Source: Malacoraja senta (taxonomy: Eukaryota). Taken from it: 42,459 bases of DNA. The translations under genes and the position numbers were made by a program. Below the pieces are notes generated by a model that worked only from the letters and a program-made list of their open reading frames with translations, had not been told where the DNA came from and did no database searches. The first letter of the stretch is position 1. Every line of letters starts with the position of its first letter. Of this stretch, positions 35,826 to 42,459 are shown one piece after another. The DNA lies in the NCBI GenBank assembly GCA_038087875.1, contig JAXLNO010000079.1, positions 496,001 through 538,459 of the forward strand, written 5' to 3'.

Positions 35826-36830
35826 GCCGCCTCCTCTGTACAGGCCGGGCCGCCGCCGCCTCCTCCTCGTTTACAGGCCGGGCCGCTGCCGCCTCCTCTC
35901 TATCGGCCGGACCACTGCTGCCGCCTCCTCGTGTACTGGCCGGGCCGCCGCCGCCTCCTCTCTACCGGCCGGACCACCACCACCGCCTCCTCCTCGTTTA
36001 CTGGCCGGGCCGCCGCCGCCTCCTCTACCGGCCGGACCACCACCGCCTCCTCCTCTGTACAGGCCGGACCACCACCGCCGCCTCCTCCTCGTGTACAGGC
36101 TGGACCACCACCGCCTCCTCTGTACAGGCCGGACCACCACCGCCGCCTCCTCCTCGTGTACAGGCTGGACCACCACCACCTCTGTACAGGCCAGACCACC
36201 ACCACCGCCTCCTCCTCGTGTACAGGCCGGACCACCGCCTCCTCTGTACAGGCCGGACCACCACCACCGCCTCCTCCTCTGTACAGGCCGGACCACCACC
36301 ACCGCCTCCTCCTCTGTACAGGCCGGACCACCGCCTCCTCTGTACAGGCCGGACCACCACCACCGCCTCCTCCTCTGTACAGGCCGGACCACCACCGCCG
36401 CCTCCTCCTCGTGTACAGGCCGGACCACCACCACCGCCTCCTCCTCTGTACAGGCCGGACCACCGCCTCCTCTGTACAGGCCGGACCACCACCACCGCCT
36501 CCTCCTCTGTACAGGCCGGACCACCGCCTCCTCTGTACAGGCCGGACCACCACCACCGCCGCCTCCTCTGTACAGGCCGGGCCACCGCCGCCGCCTCCTC
36601 CTCTGTACAGGCCGGGCCACCGCCGCCGCCTCCTCCTCTGTACAGGCCGGACCACCACCGCCTCCTCCTCTGTACAGGCCGGGCCACCGCCACCGCCGCC
36701 TCCTCTGTACAGGCCGGGCCACCACCGCCTCCTCCTCCTCTGTACAGGCCGGGCCACCGCCGCCGCCTCCTCCTCTGTACAGGCCGGGCCACCACCGCCG
36801 CCTCCTCGTTTACAGGCCGGGCCACCGCGG
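35826..36830. repeat. GC-rich variable-unit minisatellite
   Basis: About 30 units of TGTACAGGCCGG(A/G)CC-(ACC/GCC)n-GCCTCC(TCC)n, roughly 25-35 bp each. Confidence 0.95.
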
Positions 36831-36902
36831 GTACGTGGTGTATAGGCAGGGGCCACGTAGTGTAAGGGCTGAGCGCCGCTGTCACGTTGTCTAAGGGCTG
36901 AG

Positions 36903-38407
36903 TAGCAATGTTACAACATTTTGAGATTTTTAAAATCAAGTCTGCAATTTATCCCATCAGATAAAGCATTAAAATAAGTTTAATTTGACACCTAGTTCAC
37001 TTTCATATCTTCAGTATTAAATAAGTTATGGCCATTTTCATACTCGGAAATTAGCATCTTGTTCCCTATTGCTTTTCCATTGACAAAAGCTGTGATTGGG
37101 GACAGTCAAAAGCCCATAACTTTCTTAAAAATTAAGAGAACTGAATGAAATTTTCAGTTAATATAGATTGAAGCATTCTGAAACAAATATAAAACATCTT
37201 ACTTGGATGACCTGAAATTAAAGCACATAATTAGTTCATGACCTAATTGTAGCTAATTACAAAATTGACCGTTGTGACGGAAATAGTAATAAACACCCGA
37301 CTGCCTTGAAAATTCAAAAATTTGATATTCTCAAGATCAGAACTTTAATATTATTGTATAATATGCTGTAAGTCCGTAACAGATAGGTAAATAAATTACA
37401 ATTTCTAGCAATAGACCAAGTCTATATGGAGAAGATCAGTTGCTAGCTGGTACATTGGCATATCATAATCAGTAGCATCATCACACTTCTCAGATTGTAA
37501 CCAATAAGCAACTGTGTACACCTTGTTTTTCCTCAACTTTTCCATTTTGGCATTGTAAACTACAAGTTTTTGCTCTACCCACTACTTTCCCATTAAGAAT
37601 GTCCTGTAGATTTTTTTAAATAGCCTAAGTATCCAAATAACAAACTAATCCCATTCACACAGGAATTCACAATATAACATGATTTTTAAATCTCACTGTC
37701 ATGAATTTATATGCCAGATGGAAGGAATTTAATGTTTAATTCCCATAAATTAATCCAGAAACGTCCTTTCAAAATATAATCAAAATTATTGTTTTTTGCA
37801 CAATACATGTTACTCAAACTGTTGTGAATATTTAGTATAAAAATAATGATCATGAAGAGAGAATAACACAAAATATAGATAATTTAGACGGCTTATGACA
37901 TGATTGTCCAAAAAAAAGGGCATTTTAATCATCTTGCTTCTGGAACGCGATCGATTGGAACGTTGCATTTGCGGTGAATTTGAACTCCATATCGGCAGGA
38001 AAAACACTGCCGGTTTGTATGGGGCCCAAATAACATTTTTGCAACGTAAAATTAGATTAAAGCCATCCCAAGAAGCAAGATTATATGTAAAATACACGAC
38101 TTACCCTTTGTTTTGTCCCATTCTTGCGATCCGTCACGTTGTAGGCGTTGAGGGCGTTAGAAGTCGCTTTTTATTTTAATCCAAATATTAAATTGTCCAG
38201 CGAATTTTTTTTTAAATATTGTGCGAACGAAAGTCCGATCGATTTTTCATCAGCAGCTAGCAGCCCGAGGAAGTCCGCCTCTGACAGGCAGTACAAAACG
38301 GCATTTTAACCCCGTCCCCCCCCTCCCCCCTCAAAGGCGGCAAAGTCGCGCACAGGGCCAGTGGCAGAACTGCAGCGCCGCTGAAGGTAAGTTTTGTAAC
38401 ATCGTTA
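36903..38407. mobile_element. Non-autonomous TIR DNA transposon (possibly Academ-like)
   Basis: TAGCAATGTTACAA ... TTGTAACATCGTTA imperfect inverted ends bound an AT-rich block within GC-rich flanks. No clear TSD. Confidence 0.6.
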
Positions 38408-39579
38408 GGCAGAGGGGCCACCTCTAGAACCTTGCGTAAGGACAGGGCCAGCAGTGTAAAGGCAGAAGCGCGGGTACGTTGTTTAAAGACGGCCATGGGT
38501 ACCTACCAGGGGTGCGCAGATACATGGTGTAAAGGGAGAACCGACGGTATGTTGTGTAAAGGCAAGGGGGTCAGGGAGCCGTCCAGGACCAGGTATCAAC
38601 CGTGTTGCCTCACCTTGTGCACAGGTTTCCGCACCAGCAGCGGGCCGACGGCCATGCAGATGTAGGCCGGGCCTGAGGTGAGGTAGGCGCAACTCCATTC
38701 TTCCTGCTTGCGGGTTAAATGTCTCCTTCGTCTCTTCTGCCAGAGGACGTTGTCTGTTCTCATACATCGCAAAGGTGGACGTGAAGCGCTTAAAACTCCC
38801 CTTGACGTTAAGAATGTGGCAACCTGGAGAGTTTGATGGAACAAACGAGGACAAGTAACGCTGGTCCAGGGCACTTCTCCCAAAGGAGTGCTGCCTGTTT
38901 ATCTCCATCTATACTCAAATGATAAGCATTAATGAAACTGACCCCCTTCAAACTCTGCTGGAGGTGTGCCTCAATTGTGCTTTTATTGTCACAAAACAGT
39001 GACATTATTTTCTTACAAACAATCCAGTGAGGTATTGCCATACCTAGGCACATAACCTGATTTGCAAATTGTACAGAAATAGTCTACTGATCCCGCATGC
39101 AGGAGGTGAATTTTCAAAGTCCAGTCCGCGCTCTAGTTGTTAGCGGTGCCCGATCCAGGCAAGCCCCAAGCTGCTGTGGGCCTCCAGCCATTGCCTTCCT
39201 TCGATGCATGGATCGATCAGTGAAGTGACGTCCCTCTCCTCGCCCGTCCACCTTTGTGCCCCGGGGACGCCACCCGCAGCAGACCTTGAGGCTGCAGTAG
39301 GCCAGTCTCCGGTTCCCTCTCGTACCAGCATTGATCCTTGCCCATCGCATCTGTCATCGTCATGGCTCCATCCTCTGGTCTTTGGAGGACAAGCAGGGGT
39401 CAGCTCATCGGCTTGCCCCTTCCAGGCCGCAGCCCGTTGGGTCACCACTTGGTTGTGAGTTAAAGGTTTCCCTGACTCATGCATGGTATTGTTTGCCTTG
39501 CATCAGTGGAAAGCCGTCTGCTCGGTGTGGAAGTAAAATTTAGGTTGTTCTAGACTGGTACGGTTAAGTAAAATGTGAG

Positions 39580-39970
39580 TCATATAGCATGAGGAAACAG
39601 GTCACTTTGGCCCAGCGTGCCCATGCCAACCAAGATGCGCCAACTACACTGGTCTCACTTGCCTGCATTTGGCCTATATCCCACTAAAACTTTCCTGTCC
39701 ATGTACCTGTCCAATTGTATTTAAAATGTTATTACTGTACCTGCCTCATCTACCTCCTCTGGCAGCTCATTCCATATACCCTCCTCCCTCTGTGTGGCTC
39801 TTCAGATTTCTATTAAATCTTTCCCCTCTCACCTTAAACCTATGTCCTCTAATTCCTGTTTCCCTCTTGGTAAAAGACTGTGCATCTACTTTATCTATTC
39901 CCTTTATGATTGTATACACCTCTATAAGATCACATCCTCTACACTCCAAGGAAACAGTCCTAGCCTGTAG
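39580..39970 (-). mobile_element. CR1 3' fragment
   Basis: DLIEVYTIIKGIDKVD..IRGHRFKVRGERF. Confidence 0.85.
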
Positions 39971-40042
39971 GAATGCGCATACCTCGAAGCCCCAGACTCT
40001 GCTTATTCAATTCCACTTGTCAGCGCAAAATATCTGGTACTT

Positions 40043-41125
40043 AGAAACATAGAAAATAGGTGCAGGAGTATAGGCCAGTCGACCCATTCGTTCATCATAT
40101 GTCAGTCCCGCCATTCCAGGAATTAACCTGGTGAACACTCCCTCAATAGGAAGAATGTCCTTCCTGCACTCACTCAATAGCAAGAATGTCCTTCCTCAAA
40201 TGTAGACACAATATGCTGGAGTAACTCATCAGGACCAGCAGCATCTCTGGAGAGATGGAATGGGTGACTTTTCAGGTTGAGAACCTTCTTCAGTGATGTC
40301 GTTTCCTCAAATTAGGAGAGCAAAACAGCACACAATACTCCAGGTGTGGTCTCACCAGGGCCCTGTACAACTGCAGTAGATCCTCCTTGCTCCTAACTCA
40401 AATCCTTTCGCAATGAAGGCCAACATGCCATTAGCTTTCTTCACAGTCTGCTGTACCTGCATGCTTACTTTCAGTGACTGATGTACAAGGACACTCAGGT
40501 CCTGTTGCACCTCCCTTTTCCTAATCTGACACCATTCAATTAATAATCTGCATTCCTGTTCTTGCCACCAAAGTGGATAACCTCACATTTATCCACATTA
40601 TACTGCAACTGCCATGTATCTGCCGACTCACCCAACCTCTCCGTCACCCTGCAGCCTCATAGCATCCTCCTCACAGCTCACACTGCCGCCCAGCTTTGTG
40701 TCATCTCCAAACTTGGAGATGTTACATTTAATTTCCTTGTCTAAATCTATAATATATATTGTAAACAACTGGGGTCCCACCACCGAGCCTTGCGACACCC
40801 CACTAGTCACTGCCTGCCATTCTGAAAAGGATCTGTTAATTCTTACTCTTTGCTTCCTATCTGCCAACCAGTTCTCTATCCATGACAATACCCTACCCCC
40901 AATACCATGTGCTCTAATTTTGCACACTAATCTCTTGTGTGGGACCTTGTCAAAGGCGTTTTGAAAGTCGAGATACACCACATCCACTGGCTCTCCCTTA
41001 GTCATTCTACTTGTTACATCCTGAAAAAATTCCAGAAGATTAGTCAGGCATGATTTCCCCTTCGTAAATCCATGCTGAATTTGACCGATCCTGTCACTGC
41101 TTTCCAAATGCGCTGCTGTTACATA
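40043..41125 (-). mobile_element. CR1 RT fragment with internal deletion and a Penelope-like insert (40202-40293)
   Basis: QHGFTKGKSCLTNL, YLDFQNAFDKV, GVSQGSV, KFGDDTKL. Confidence 0.9.
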
Positions 41126-41383
41126 TTTTAATACTATAATTCTTAACGTTATGGTTTGTGAAATCCTCAATAATAGAGAGGAAAATATTTACTTCATAGA
41201 TAAAACCCAACAACTTTCAATAAATTGTATGCAGGAAGTGCTCTTTCACCCTTCCTCCTTTCAAGGTGATTAGGTTTTTTAAAAAGACACGCAGTGCCGG
41301 AGTTACTCAGCGGGTCAGGCACAATCTCTGGAGAACATGAAGAAGTGTTCCGATCCATGTTCTCCAGAGATACTGCCTGACCC

Positions 41384-42040
41384 CAGGGCTGTGGAGTCGG
41401 AGTCGGAACAATTTTGGTGTTGCTGGAGTTGGAGTCGGCAAAAACATCCCGACTCCGACTCCGACCTCAACATAAATTTCAGAGACTATGTAAATCGGAA
41501 AAAATCCCTCTTTTTAAACACACTTTATTTCCACTCGAGAGAATGAGAAATCACTCATAACAAAATCTAAAGCCCCATTCTCAATGGCAAAGAAAACTCC
41601 AACCAGATCTGTTGTTTTTGAATATTTTACAATAACTACAGATGAATAACATTTTGTATGTCAGTGTATGATAGAAGATGATGATGGTGAAAGATTGTGT
41701 GAAACAAAACTCAGTTGTTTCTATGGCTCTGATAAAAAATGCTCCAACAAGAGCTTCAAATTTGAAAAGACATTTGCAGCTTTTCCACCCTAAAATTTTA
41801 GTTGTAAATGAGAAAGATACAGGAACCTATAAAAATCTTACAACTACATTAGTCAGCAAAAAACAAATCTCCTGAGGTACAACCCGGACAAGCATCACTT
41901 ACAAGGTTCATTACTACAGACAAAGTAACTAACAATGACCACAGAAATATTTAAGAAACACCTTATCAAACTTGTTGCAACAAATGGTGTTGCCTTTTAT
42001 TTTCACAACCAGCCTTTCTAGGCCTAAATGGAGATATGGC
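41384..42040 (+). mobile_element. hAT transposon 5' end with decayed BED-finger transposase
   Basis: CAGGGCTGTGGAGTCGGAGTC terminus with inverted GACTCC subterminal repeats. From 41584: MAKKTPTRSVVFEYF..FVCQC..LC..ASNLKRHLQLFH. Confidence 0.8.
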
Positions 42041-42043
42041 TAA

Positions 42044-42459
42044 AGGGTCTGTCCCACTTGCATGCGATAGCATGCGTTTGGCGCGACCAAACGGAAGCGG
42101 AGTTCACGTGAAGTACGCGCTAAGTTCGCGCGTGACGTCATTTGCGTCATACTTACCAATCAGCTGGGCAGGAGGCGGGCCGACTGAATTTGGGCGTCGG
42201 GCGGTGACGTCATCACGCAACGCCACGCCGGGCGGTGACGTCATCGTGCAATGCCACGCGCTAGGCGTACGCCGTCAAGACGCTGCGTACGACCGCAATG
42301 CGCCTGCGTGCCGACAGACCGTTGGCGCGCGAAGATTTCGGACACTGTCAGATTTACGGAGCCCCACGCGATGTTGGGACCAGCCCCGCACAACTCCACG
42401 CTTCTAAGTGGGACTGGCCCTGCGCCAGCATACGGTGCCCGTACGCTTCAAGCGATCAC
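42044..42459. mobile_element. Non-autonomous Harbinger-like element interrupting the hAT (runs off the window)
   Basis: TAA then AGGGTCTGTCCCACTT. Internal inverted copy AAGTGGGACTGGCCCT at ~42406-42421. CpG-rich body. Confidence 0.6.

Noticed and set aside
35826..36830. CRISPR-like repeat array (also 18780-19190)
   Set aside because: No unique spacers and no cas genes; eukaryotic tandem repeats.
35650..36939. Long Pro/Arg/Gly-rich ORFs in six frames
   Set aside because: By-product of a stop-free GC-rich minisatellite.

Overview
Vertebrate genomic DNA, most likely a cartilaginous fish (skate/ray). This is inferred from the HE1-type SINE, the CR1 subfamilies and the Penelope-type termini. 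The window is almost entirely nested mobile DNA. The only confident host exon is the last coding exon of ECEL1 (15292-15391, +). Upstream is a degenerate DIRS tyrosine-recombinase retrotransposon (2492-12311) holding two CR1 LINEs. The main feature is a 14.9-kb LTR provirus (17239-32109) with paired TG..CA LTRs, a CTCT target duplication, a tRNA-Ser-like PBS and a PPT. It retains only scraps of gag, integrase and the two ends of env. Between the env signal peptide and the env membrane anchor lies an intronless, scrambled mosaic of at least three host mRNAs: a CRACR2/RAB44-family EF-hand/coiled-coil gene, a circularly permuted ZNF276, and the C-terminal part of a thrombospondin-2-like gene. The thrombospondin part is in frame with the env anchor. 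Most of gag-pol is replaced by an unidentified antisense segment with short introns. A second DIRS, itself carrying a young CR1, interrupts gag. The last 10 kb holds an invertebrate-like CR1-group LINE, a GC-rich minisatellite, TIR transposons and a hAT remnant. All protein assignments come from recalled family motifs, not from database searches.
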